Below are positions 63,776-64,000 of a stretch of 64,000 bases of DNA, one piece after another (position 1 is the stretch's first letter; every line of letters begins with the position of its first letter). The notes below the pieces were generated by a model. That model was given only the letters and a program-made list of their open reading frames with translations, had not been told where the DNA came from and searched no databases. Origin of the DNA: Octopus sinensis (taxonomy: Eukaryota). The stretch spans positions 181,598,001 to 181,662,000 of the forward strand of contig NC_042998.1 of NCBI RefSeq assembly GCF_006345805.1. Direction: 5' to 3'. The translations under genes were made by a program, and so were the position numbers.

Positions 63776-64000
63776 ATTTATTAATATTTCATTTTTGAGT
63801 AACTAAAACCATTGCTCAGATGACAAACTTGCTCCACATCTGAGATGGTGAACTAAGACTGCACTGACAAAGCTTTTGACTTAATAGATAAACCCCCATT
63901 CTCCAACATTCCATTCCCTAAACACAGGTTTATCAATGAGCTGTCTTTTTCCATTGTTTCTTCTAATACTACTTTTTCCTATGTAAGTTGTTATCTACAT

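Overview
AT-rich eukaryotic genomic DNA that is dense in repeats and microsatellites. The SINE/LINE repertoire looks like an octopus (coleoid cephalopod) genome; this is pattern recognition, not a database result. No long host ORF is present, and the window reads as intronic or intergenic DNA with only a few weak candidate exons. Mobile elements found: (1) a near-complete Penelope-like element (PLE, minus, 25866-30352) with direct terminal repeats and an 844-codon RT plus GIY-YIG frame broken by one TAG; (2) a fragmented Penelope/Poseidon-type PLE (minus, ~2250-3440); (3) a 5'-truncated RTE LINE (minus, ~61418-63775) and about 20 short RTE 3' tails; (4) two mariner relics, a solo LTR, MITE or foldback elements and degraded CR1/Jockey-like LINE pieces; (5) three tRNA-like SINE families, one forming a head-to-tail array at 50.7-53 kb. 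The most notable signals are four type-I hammerhead ribozyme motifs with palindromic stem III, one of whose predicted cleavage site lies 8 nt from the 5' boundary of the large PLE; a small ORF-less hammerhead-carrying repeat; and a PHD-like zinc finger inside the RTE reverse transcriptase.
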